Source: Girardia tigrina
Lineage: Eukaryota
Direction of reading: 5' to 3'
DNA length: 64,000 bases
Assembly: GCA_001938485.1 (NCBI GenBank)
Contig: MQRK01229265.1
Span: 1 to 64,000 of the forward strand
The notes beneath the pieces were generated by a model that ran no database searches, was not told the origin of the DNA, and saw only the letters and a program-made list of their open reading frames with translations. A program made the position numbers and the translations under genes. Below, piece after piece: positions 38,304-51,626 of this stretch; within the stretch, counting starts at the first letter, position 1, and every line of letters begins with the position of its first letter.

Positions 38304-41300
38304 AAGCCCAAGTCACTGCCTGCCTGCCTGCTTCACTAACGCACTTACGTAATAATTGTTGACGTAATAATAGTATTATTTGTTGAAANNNNNNNNNNNN
38401 NNNNNNNNNNNNNNNNNNNNNNNNNNNNNNNNNNNNNNNNNNNNNNNNNNNNNNNNNNNNNNNNNNNNNNNNNNNNNNNNNNNNNNNNNNNNNNNNNNNN
38501 NNNNNNNNNNNNNNNNNNNNNNNNNNNNNNNNNNNNNNNNNNNNNNNNNNNNNNNNNNNNNNNNNNNNNNNNNNNNNNNNNNNNNNNNNNNNNNNNNNNN
38601 NNNNNNNNNNNNNNNNNNNNNNNNNNNNNNNNNNNNNNNNNNNNNNNNNNNNNNNNNNNNNNNNNNNNNNNNNNNNNNNNNNNNNNNNNNNNNNNNNNNN
38701 NNNNNNNNNNNNNNNNNNNNNNNNNNNAATTTATTATGAAAAATTCTGTATTTAATGTGGAAAAATATCAATTTATTATGAAAAATGTGAATTATTTCAA
38801 AAATTTACCTTACAGCATTAGTGAGGCAGTGAGGCAGGCAGTGAGGGACTTGGGCTTTTATAATATAAAAAAAATTGAACCCCCGGCAAGAGAGGGCCGC
38901 GAAGCGGGCCGAGCGCGCTAGTATATGAATAATAAAATGAAATAATATAATGAAATAAATTAAAAATTTATTACAAATTAAAAAAAAATTAATAAAAATC
39001 AATTAAATTTAAATTATTTGAGCAATAATCGCGATAATATCAAATTGATTGAATTTAAAATAATTGGTTATTAAACAGGAGCTCTGATTGGCTAGCCATT
39101 CAAATCCGTCACTGATTTGAACAGACGAAAAATTGTTACAATTAAATTTTAAAAATTAATTACATTTCGTCAGGATTGGAGACATTGTTTTGTCGAAAAA
39201 TTGAGTTATTGTTTGGTCGAAATAATTAAAGATCATTTTTGTCGAACAATTAAAAGTCATCAGAGTTCTTGAAATTAATTTAATTTTTGAAAGTTTGATT
39301 AAAGTTTTGTCAAACAACTGAAGTCGTTATTTGAAAACTGAAGGTCGCCTTTTCTTTAAATTTTAAGTCTTTGTTTTTTCTTGTAAAGAAATTGTTTGAT
39401 AAAAGATTTAATTAATTCGAGAATAAAGATTTGAAATTTTATTAAAAATATTGAAAGTTGATAAAGTTTTGAAGATGTTTTTTGAAAGTTTGAATATTTG
39501 TTTGAGATTTTTGAAGCTGTAAATTGTGAATTTAATTTGATATTAAAGTTAAAAAGTGTTTAAAAAATTTAATTTCTGAACAGACTTTCTTTAAAAATTA
39601 AAACTATGTATTTAAATTAAAAATGTATTAATAAAAATTTTACGAAATTTATCATCGAAACTGAAATAGATCAGAAATTTGATGGCTGAACACGTTGAGG
39701 AAGTGAAAGTCGATGAGAGAGACTATTTAGATAATCAGAAATTACGACAGGGTCGGTTTTTTCCTAAAGCAAGAGATTTGAACAGTTTTTATCAAACTCA
39801 CCAGAACAATCTAGACATATTTCTTAGAATTGAAGGTCAAATCGAAGCATAAAAATAGCTCCATAACGACCGATGATATTTGTCAGAATTCGAATGAAGA
39901 TGTCTTAAAATAATTTTTATTAACTTCCCGCTTCGGTAAGATCGTTGTCTTAGTTTTGCTGAGAAGCCCCCAAACCCCACACACGCGATGTAGACGTAAC
40001 CGTGCTTCCACGTGTAGTCTGTTATCAGTGGCAATGATAAACTTAAAAGTAGTTCATACTTTGAACTTCATAGAGGAGATTCAAAAAATTTTTCCTATTA
40101 TCAATCCGTATGTCAAACAAATTAAGGAAATTAAAAATTTTAGGTTACTGCATATAAATTAGTAATTAATAATTAATTAATAATTAATTTCATTAAATTG
40201 ATGCTTTTTTTTGTGAATCAAAAATTTAAGACGAAAAGGTTTGTTTATTATAAAAAGTGTTTATTTAAGTTTTTGTATATTATAGACTCAACTCTAAAGA
40301 GTCCAATGTAACAATGCTTCTAAAATTTTTAAAAAACTAAGTATATTAAATGCAAATCTTTAACACAAGGCGAATGAGTATATTATGTATGATACATTAT
40401 TATCAGTTCATAATTTTTACGTGTAAAACCTTGAAACGGTTTCTTTTACCCATGCTCATGGTCTCCTGGTTGAAAAGCACTGCTGCAGAGTCTGATTGAA
40501 ACTATAAAATTGTGAATTAAACAGGAAATTTAACTTTATATTTCATAAATATTTAACAAATAATCAGCATAAATTATGGTCGAAGAATAAACCAATATTT
40601 GTATAGTATTAAAAATCTATTTATCCATATCACTTCATTTTGTCTCTATTAACCCATTTGAATATTTTTTTCAAAATATTTTTTAAAGAATACATAAAAA
40701 TATAAATAATTACAAAAAAATTTCCCGAATAGATTCTTTTTCTTGTTTTTAAATATTTTTTTATTTTATTTAACTAACAAAAATTTTATTATTCAATAAA
40801 ATGGTTACTTTTTATTTGTCTTCATTAAGATTTATTTCAATATCCTCCTGGAATCAGTCTGCGTTTTTAGCACATTTGATCCTCAAAAAGTGTTTTAAAA
40901 GTATAATTAAAAAAAATGTACCAAAATGAATCTAAAATTATCAAATTCTTCAATTATAATCTTGATTTGTATTATGTTACATTCAGATTAGTTCAAGAAT
41001 TATTTTATTTATTGTAGTTTGTGATTTTATAATTATTTATAATTAGTTTTTATATTTTCTTTCTGTTATAATTTATGTAATTCTAGAATATAATTCTATT
41101 TAAAAATTTTTTAATCTCCGAAAATATGTTTATAACAATTATATATTTTTCGGTTCAAAAGAACTTATCATGATCTATAAATATAGAAATTACCACACAA
41201 TTTAATTTCCAAAATTATATTCGAGATAAAAAGACCCTTAGGCATTTGATCAAGTTTGAAGATTGCGCTTTTTCCAAATATTTATTTTCTGGCTATCTTC

Positions 41301-44300
41301 AACTTGAATCCCTTGCAGAGATTAACCTACCTTAACTTCTTTTATCTTTTCGATGAAATGTATTTTAAATTCTAATATTAATTATTTTTATTTATAAATA
41401 TGTTAAAAAGTAATATAAAACATAAAATCTTTCGTTACTGGGAACGTTTTACATACATGGTTTGCAAATCCGAGGAGCGTATATTTTCGATTGATGTTTT
41501 TACCGAGTTTAAAAGACGAAAAACGTAAATAAGTGTCTTGTACACACGTGTAATAATGCTGCCGTATGCATACATTGCCAAAATTTTATTGCTGTTAGAA
41601 GACAAAGATTCTACTCTAAAATATATTTATTAAACTATTATACAAATACACATACATAGTTTATATACTAAATAAAATGAGAGTCAAAGATTAACTCTGT
41701 TCTCGACCTGGTAAAATTCTAAATTTGTTGATTAAGTAGTATTTTATTTAATTAATTTTAATTTAATTTTGTAATATCTCACAAATTCAAATAAACTTTT
41801 ACAAACTTGTATTTAGAGCATTATAATAGTAAGAATAGCCTGTAACGAAAGGGTTAACCAAGATCACTTCTAAAATTGTATCCATGAAAAATAACAAGAA
41901 TTATATAAATAATACAGTTTATTGTTGAGATGTAATAAAAACATCCACCCGAAACGTTAATTTCCAATTATAATTTTGACAAAATTCATTTAATTTTCCT
42001 AAAATTAATAAAAAACTTTTTTAAGTTGAACAAAATCATTTTTAAAAATTTTCCAAAAAATTCATTAGATATTCCATTTATTTTATTAATAGTTTTTTGA
42101 AATAGAAATGGAATTTTATTGAAATTGATTAATATTTTATTAATTCATAAATGGAATCTAATTTTTTTATTAGAATTTTATTAAATCACAAATGGAAATA
42201 GGAAAAATTCGATCAACAAATAATAAAAGTCAACAAAACATCTTTTTAAATCTTTCTCAGATATTTTAATCTGATTTGAAATCGAATGATTTTACATAAA
42301 TTTGGTTTTCAATTATTCCAAAAATATAAAATTTAAATAGAAAAAATTCACTCCAAGAAAAAAAGTATTGAAATGTTTTTATTGATTTCATAAAATATTT
42401 TTTTCATATGAAAATAATTATTTTCAAAACGTTATTATTAAATAAATATATTATTATAAAATATATCACGAATATATATGAAATATGTTTTTAATAAAAT
42501 TATTACATTTTTACTTCTAATATTATATTTTAATTTAAAAAAATTTAAAAAATAATAGAAATAAAATAGAAAGTATATAAATAATCATAAAAACAGAAGT
42601 CTAGTCGAAATTTTTAATTTTTTTGTTATTAACTTTTGTGGATTGTCCACCACCTTCAGACTAAAATTCATATTAATTCTGTAATTTATATAACAAGGCA
42701 ATGATTATATCAAACCTTAGTTAAAATATGCTTAATGCTAATAATAATACTGAAGATATGACTCAGTATTAATATCAAATATCTGAATGAAGGTATATTT
42801 TATTAAATCATTGATTTAGAAAAATACTTGAATAATATCATTTCAAATACAATAAATTTCAAAATTATTTGTCAATCGTAGAAAATTCCGGATATTTTTA
42901 TAAATCATCAACACCTCTCGGTTTATGTTCCGATTTCGTTAATAAATATACTTGAAATGGGTGGAATGCAACATATATTAGTGAGACATCCCTTCATCTT
43001 TTCAAACGGATCAAAAAACATAATCGATTGGATAATGGAAGCAGCTTACATCGTAAAGAGAATGAAGAGGAAAGTAGCTTTAAATTTCTTTGTAATTCAT
43101 TAAAATATTATTGGGAAAGAGGAACATGTGAGACTTTATTAAAAAGTTCAAGGGATCCAAAAATAAATATTCAAGCTTCACATTCAACTTTACTGTTGAG
43201 CCTTTTCAAATAGAACCTAATGACTCATTATTGATTGCACAATAATTGGTTTGTTGTATAAGCTACTAAATTAATGTTAATTTTAGTCTGAAAATAGCGG
43301 GCCATGTGCCGAATTTAATAGCAAAAATAAATGGAGCCAAGATTTTGGTTTTTAATAATAATCTGCCTTTATTTTTTTGATTTTTTAAATAAATAATGAG
43401 AAATTAATTTTCTTTTTATTTTTCATTAAATGATTTAAAAGTTTTTATTAATTTTTTTCGTAATTAAAAGACACAATTCATTGCTTTTTTTTGTCCTATG
43501 AGATTTGTATTCCAAAATAAAGATAATTAATATTTTATTATTTATTTCGTTTTTTTTTCTAAGAAGACATTTTTTTATTATCTTAAAAAACAATTACGAC
43601 ATCCTTTTTCCGAATATTTTGGAAAGTGGAAAAAAAGTTCACTGAAAATTATTTTCATAATCAGATTATTTGAGATTCTTAAGAAAACAAACCGAAAATA
43701 ACGATACAGAAAAATAGTGAATATTTACCATATGTTAATTTACCAAATTTGATTTATAAATCGAATTTTCGTATCGTTCTTCAACGTTATTATTCCAAAA
43801 ATTCTCTAAATTTCATCTTGGGATTTGATATAATCAAGCTTGTTTATGATCACATATTTTTTACACTTAGAAATATTCAGAAAATTCTTTTTTATTCTGT
43901 TGTTTTTGAATATATAATTAATTTTAATTATATTATTTTACATAAATTAAGTATCACTTTTTAAAAATTATTTTTATGAAAAATACTTTTTAAATTTTAT
44001 TTGTTTTTTATATTATAAAAGATTTTATTTTTATTATGTTTAATGAATAAAAAATATTAAAAAAATATTTTTTACTGTAAATAAACCAAATTATTCAAGA
44101 CTTCGAGATTAAATATTTTGGGAAAGTTACTTGTACTCAAGATTTCCTCTTTTAAAATACCTTTAATTGTTTTCTTCAGAAATATAAAAACGTCGCCCTC
44201 GAATAAATGTCGCATATTAGTAATGCAAAAACACATACAATCTTACACAAACAATAAAAAACAATAAAGCACTGGTATAATTATATTAATTAAAGTATTA

Positions 44301-47300
44301 TATCATGTAATCCTATTTCTATTACATCTACGTCTTCAATTTCATCATTCCAATCATAGTCTTAGATGATTTTCAAGCCCATAGGGCATCGTTGGCTTCT
44401 TAGGTCTTTGCAATAAAAGACGAACTCCACCATTTTCTTTGTTAACTCTGGTGAAAGTTGTTGCCAAGTTGTTGTTTTACTACGGAGGATAAAATTATAA
44501 AACTTCATAAACTTTCTACTCATCCTCGGCTTGATTTTAAATTGGGGTCATTGATTAAAGTAGTAACCTTGGAGCATATAGATTTGCGTGTAACTCGATG
44601 ATAGAACGAATATTTCATCTAAAATCCACTATTTATTTCCCATTTCTTCATTAACAGCTGTACGATAACCATCAGGTAACAGCAACGATAACAGCAACGC
44701 TTTTTTGCGGCTTTGTATGCTCCAATTGATGCATCGCGATCTGAAAACCTTCCAGTGGCTTTCTTTTGTCTGTATTCACGAATCCGCTTTTCAACATGAA
44801 GCTGCTCTGCACCTGGACGATTTTCCTTAATTTTTGCTAGGTCGACTACTTTATTTTTTAAAGCTAGGTCATATCATGGTTTGCTCTGCATTCTGTTCTA
44901 TAAAAACATAAGCATTGATATTGTATATTTTTAAACAAATTATTATTTTTTAATTAAAGTTTTTTTAATTTTAATAAAATAAGCACCGCCATCGATTAAA
45001 ATCTGCATCTTCTCATCAGTATTTGAAATAAAAGCAGTAGCGTTAAATTGTAATATTTTAAATATTAAACAAAAATAATTTATATGCTAAACTGTTGATA
45101 TTATTTTCCAATTTTAAAAATAAGCAATGATATTCCAAATTTCGTTCCTTCAAAAGTTTCATGTCTTTTTAAAACACAAAATTTCTAGCGTTTGTATTGC
45201 CAACAAGGTGAAAGCATAATTAATAATTGAATAATGGGTTCTCACCCAAAAAAGAAAAATAATTTAACAAAATTTTATATTATAAACTTTTTATTTATTA
45301 TTTATAATATCAAATAAAAATATCACAAGGAATAATAAAATATCAAAAAAGTAATATAGATAATCAAATCAAAGGTTATGCGTCGAATATATTTTAATTA
45401 TACTCATTAATTATTCGATATCTTTCTTAAGAGATAAATTGATAATATTATTTATTTTGTTTTATGGTATATCTGTGTTACTTTTTATTTTTTTATGTAT
45501 TTAAGGGATACTTTTCAAACATATTATATATATATATATATATATTGATCAATCACCCATAATTATAGATACAGTGTAAAAATTTTGAAACTCGAGAAAA
45601 TTGCATTATATTTGAATGAAGTACACCTTCTCCCCCAGTGGCAGCACACAATTGCTCGTGTGGCACTTACTCGGGCTAATAGCGCGTAGAGCTTTTCAGG
45701 AGCTGAGTCGGTGTATCATTGGGTAAGCAAACTAGCTTATCCTTAACTGATTATGGCCCCCACATTGCGCGTTTCCATAATCCCGCTCAGATAGTATGCC
45801 TTTTATGGAGGTGGACTGCAGGCCCTTGTCCTCCATTCTATGTTGGTCATCACCACAACCAGGCAAGTTTCGGACACTTTAGCCTAGAGAAAAGAGCTTT
45901 AGTTTCCCAGGAACACCGCGTGGGGGTATTTCTGACTGGCTTAACACAGATTACCAATGTAACAGGTCCCTATGTAGTATTATACATATCACTCTTATTT
46001 ATTAATGCAAAACAATTGTCAAATACGAAATTGCTTAAAATCTGAAATAAAATTTTTTCTCTACCATACTCATTCTTTTCCAGTATTTTTGTAAAATGAA
46101 TTAATGATAATTATCATATTCAACAACAATTAAAAAAAAGACAAAACATTTATTACAAAACAAAAGGTTTTTTTGTGACCACGCAGCGGAACTTGAGTCT
46201 GATTTGGCTGGTTTTTCCTCAGATTCATCGGCGCCACTTCGGTGATCACTGGGGGTTTCTTATCTTCAGCACCGCAAACAGATCTGATAAGTTGACACCA
46301 GATAGGCTCGGAGGGCCGAAGATCCGGTTGAGCACTGACATTCGGATATCGAGAACAGTTGAATTCGGAAACCAATTAGATTCATTTTCCAAGGCACAGA
46401 AACTGAGGTCCGGCGACACAATGCTTAATGAAATAATCCCGAAAAGTAAGGTCAAGCAATCTTAATTTGCTATCCAGAATATGTAAGTCCTGACGACACA
46501 GATACTGAGCGGGATGGTCTATAAGAGCAAGGTCGACCCAGGCACAGATCTAGCTGCAGACTTGGCGACACAGACCAAATGAAATACTCCACATAAGTAA
46601 GGCCAACTAGACACAGAATTAACTGAAGTACTGTCGACACATTACTCAATGAAATAAACGATAAAAGTAAGGTAACACACGTCGCTCGTGCCAGGTACTC
46701 GTACTTCATGATTTGTTTGCATCACTTAGCAACATGATTACGTAGCTGATACATGATGACAAAATTATGGAACAACCGAAAATGACATCCTAAAATATTA
46801 TCAGTTACGAAATCATGCTGCTAAGTTATATAAACAAACTATGATATGGTAAAAAGATGTCAGATAATAAAGATTTTATTATTAATGACCAGCTTTACTT
46901 ATTGTGCTAGTCCTTTATCATTTTCAAATTTTGTGACAAGAATTCCAGAAGACAACTTGATTTTAAGCGTGGGATGACTACCAGATTCATAACTCTTTCA
47001 GAAAATTTGATGAATCTTTAATGTTTTCTATAGGATACTTCATAGTTGTTATTAAAAATTGCCATAACAGAAAATTTTAGCATGAAAGAGAAGTGTCTGT
47101 AAAATTAAAACTATTCAAAAATCAAACCGAATATTATTGAGTAATGTTCTGAGAAGTTTACAAACCGACCGCAGTTATTAAAAAAACATTGTATACAATT
47201 TTCGTATTGCCCCTGACATTGACATCAGTACGTCCACAGTTAGAAGAATACTACAGAAATCACGTATATTTTCAAGACATCCAACAAATTCATCTTTGAT

Positions 47301-50300
47301 TTATGTCCTAAACCTGATGTCCATGTACATTGATACTCACAATGAATATGTCCTTAGATCTTATCTTATTTTGTTACTAGTAAATGCAATTATTTGAAAA
47401 TTTTAACAACAGTTAAATTATTATATATTAAAAAAATATAGAAAATAAAAGATATTAATAATATGACAATATTATTTTTGTTTTTTTGTCCATTAAAAGA
47501 AATTCTTCAATCTATCAGAAAAATAATTAACACAGATTTTGTTAGAAAAACAAATTTTATTTGAGATTCAAATATAAGTAATAAAAAAACAATTTGCGAT
47601 GAACAATTTGATATCCCGGAAATGTATTGTCACAAAAAATGAATGTTAAAAGGATATGAATAATCAAATGGAGTCATTTCTGCAATATCTTCAAAGAGGA
47701 GCACGGATTACAACTGATATAAATATGAGCAAATGTGTTGTCTTTTGACGATTTCTACTTTAAGATTGTCTTATTTTGTAACGATAATTATTGCTAAAAT
47801 TTATATACTGTTATAGGATGAACGTTTTTTTCAGGTTTAATTATAATTTTCCATGTCCAGTGTATCTGTGTATGTGATCTGTTTCTCTATCGAAGTTTGA
47901 AATTTATAACTTTACTCTTTTACCAAGTTAAATTTATAATTTTTATCATACTTAATACTCTTCTTTGTGCTTTTTCATTTGATTTTCTTGACCAATAATT
48001 CAGGCAATCTTGGAATATGTTCGGTACACCATCTTATTATAGATCTTCTGACCCAAGCTTGTTTTCACAGATGTTGTTTTATATTTTTTATAATATTTTT
48101 ATCATTTCGAATATTTTTGACCCGGAATAAATCTTTATTTAAATCTTTCTTGTACTTGGTCATTATTATAAAGTTCCAAATGTACTTTGTTTGTAGTTTT
48201 TTTTTAATTAAAATCTAAATGGAATAACGGATAAAGGTAAAACAATTTTTGTGAAAAAATACTACTGCGTAAAGATTCTGTTTAAAAACCTTATATATTA
48301 CAAAAAAGAAGGAAAAGTATAAATCTTAGAAATTATATGGACAAAATAATATCTTTGCTTAATAAAAAGATGTGTTATACACGGGTTTTATATAGTAAAC
48401 CGGCAGTTACTAAAGATTGAAGTTAACTATTTTAATTTATTAGGAAATTATTCAAAAAGATCACAGATAAGAAACATAAAATTTTCTAAGACAATTTTTC
48501 AATTATTAATGAAAGCCATGTATGATTCTTCCACCACAAGCTAGAACAAACTCATAACCGTCAAACTGGTTGAAGATCAATTGACATTGCTTGTCAGCTT
48601 TCTATTATTAAAATTATACAAAACTTCAGGATGTCATCTGTTGATGAAACAGTTTTTATATTTGTAGAAATACTTTAAAATAAAGAACATGTAAATATTT
48701 TTTTAAAAAAATGTTTATTATTTATTAGGTTTTAGGATTTTCTAAGAGATGGTGTAACCTTTGTAATAAGCATTATTTTACAGTCGTACGTACAGATTTT
48801 TAAAGTGCTGAAATCGAGGCATTAAAATTAAGTAGGTTATTGACCTTACATGCGTCATAAACATATTTTTAATCACGTTTTAGCATGACAACTTTCATAC
48901 CAACAAAACAGCATTTGCGGGAAGCACTACTGTTTTGCTTTAATCAAAAGAAAAAAACTGCAGACAGTTTTCGGCTTCTTGAAGAAACTTATGGTCAACA
49001 TGCGCCAACTCAACAGACTTGCGAGAACTTGTATAAACGTTTCAAAAGTGGAGATTTCGACGTAAGTGACAAAGAGCGTTCCGGTCAACCAAAAAGATTC
49101 GAAGATGAAGATTTTGAATCATTACTGAAGGAAGATTCTACTCAAACAGAGAAAGAGCTTGCAAAACAGTTAAATGTTACTCAAACAACCATAAGTAAAC
49201 GTCTACATGCTATGAAAATGATTCATAAAGAAGGAAAATGGATACCACATGAATTGAATCAAGCCAACATTGAAAGTCTATTACTAATATTCAATTCATT
49301 GTTTACAAGACAACGAAGATGGTCGTTTTTGCATAATATTGTGACTGGAGATGAAAAATGGATTTATTATGTTAACTCTAAACGCAAGAAATCGTGGGTT
49401 CATCCCTGAGAACCGTTCACGTCAACAGCAAAAAGAAACATTCATGGAAGCAAGGTTATGTTGTGCATTTGGTGGGATCAGAAAGGTGTACTGTACTATG
49501 AGCTGCTGAATTCGAATGAAACTGTTAANNNNNNNNNNNNNNNNNNNNNNNNNNNNNNNNNNNNNNNNNNNNNNNNNNNNNNNNNNNNNNNNNNNNNNNN
49601 NNNNNNNNNNNNNNNNNNNNNNNNNNNNNNNNNNNNNNNNNNNNNNNNNNNNNNNNNNNNNNNNNNNNNNNNNNNNNNNNNNNNNNNNNNNNNNNNNNNN
49701 NNNNNNNNNNNNNNNNNNNNNNNNNNNNNNNNNNNNNNNNNNNNNNNNNNNNNNNNNNNNNNNNNNNNNNNNNNNNNNNNNNNNNNNNNNNNGGTCGAAA
49801 GTCATAATTAACGATGGAAAATATTTTGATTAGAATAAAACTTATTATGTCATATAAATAAACTTGTCTGTTCTGCAAAAAAATCTAAAAAACTAAGTTA
49901 TACACCTAATATCATTTTGAAACTTAAAAATTTGTTTTCTTATCCTTATTTATCTTCCATATTGTGTGACAATGGCTTGGTTGAAGATACTTTAATAAAC
50001 ATTGCAAACCTCAAAAATCCTGAGTTCTATGACACTAAAGACAACTGAGAAAACATATTCATTAATTTAAATGTTTAAAATAAATAATTAAATGAGAACA
50101 AAAACAATATGGCCCCATTTAAATTCAGAAATTATACCGACATTTTTGGAATTTATTTCAGTAGATTATTCGTCATCTTCAAACAATTTTTGAATTTTAT
50201 GTTACTGCATGAAACATTAAAATTGTTAATTAAAAATCATCGTTCAAATTGGATTTGATACATTAAATGTAATGAATGCCTTAAAATACGTTCGTACTAG

Positions 50301-51589
50301 GGCTGAAAATGGGCGAAAGTGTAACGGGTAATTGAATTAAAAAACATTAAATTATTATGCACAATGTGTAAGTTATAAGGAAAACATCATTGAAAGTTAA
50401 ATATAAGATCTCACGGCCTTAAATTAATGTAAAAGCATAATCTTTATACATTTTCTACATGATTTCTATGTAACAAGTAAATATTTTAATTTATAATTCC
50501 ATATTTGAATAAATGAAAGACATTATACATATTATATAACCGATTGATTAACCACCAAAATGTCAAAAGTAAAGCAACCTCAATATTAAATTTCTTTAAA
50601 TATAATAAATACAATTATTAAGTTCGAAGGAAAGTTTTGTCAGTTATTTAAAAAACTGTCAATAAATGTTTAAATTTAATTTTGTCTTATATGGATTTTA
50701 TTAATTGTATATTCTTAAGAGCATTATTATTTATAATTATATAAAAGTTATTGATTTTAAGAACAAGTTAAGATGTGAACAAAGCGTCAAGAAATCCGCA
50801 ACTTGATTTTCCATGAATTCAAACTGTGTTGTACAGCAGTGGAAGCGTCTAAAAACATTTACATTAGCAAAGACTGAGTTCCACGACTGAAATAATATGT
50901 TTCCGATGGTACGACGCAAAACGCTCCGGACATCCAAGAACTATTTCCTCTCTGTCAAACCATCACTTCGGAAGTTTACTGCACTAAATTAGACCGTGTT
51001 CAGACCGCTTTGCTTGTTTATAGTACCAACCCAGCTTGTGTTTGTTTTCAAAAGCCAAACCCAAACCTCATGTTTCACGCTGGACTCTCCAAAAACTTGA
51101 AAATAAATGGTTGGAATGTTCTTAAACACCCACCATATAGAATAAACGTTTTCCCCATTCGATTATCCTCTTTTCCGGTCACTGGTACATTTCTTTCGTG
51201 GATGCAGGTTCATTTAAGATAAACACGTGGAATATGCATTTCAAAATCTTTTCAACATGAAAACGTCAGTTTTACCGCCTTGGAATTTTCTTTTGCAGAA
51301 GCATAATCAATAGTAATGACGATTACATTAATGAAAACGATTCCTTTTCATTGTATAAATTTTGCTTTTAATAAAATGTTAATTTTCTGACAAAACTTTC
51401 GTTCTAATCTAAAAAATTATTAACCAACATTAATCAATGTAAAAATAGTTTCCACATATATTCTAAAAATTAAATAAATAATTAAAATAAAAAAATAAAA
51501 ATAAATAAACACAAATAAAGTTTCGGAAGATGATCGAACATTGTGACCAAACATTTCCAACTTTGACTTTTTAAAAAATGCTTTACCAA

Positions 51590-51626
<37 letters not shown>

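Noticed and set aside
39682-39852. PKI-like inhibitor or PKA-R docking-domain peptide
   Set aside because: No RRxA/RRxS pseudosubstrate, and the docking-domain resemblance is only a few residues.
45629-45690. HDV-like ribozyme suggested by GCTCGT and GGCTAA
   Set aside because: I could not build the P1/P2/P3/P1.1 double pseudoknot; only a simple CACAC/GTGTG hairpin forms.
46393-46680. CRISPR-like repeat/spacer pattern
   Set aside because: Eukaryotic context, highly degenerate repeats, no cas genes, and it lies inside a probable LTR.
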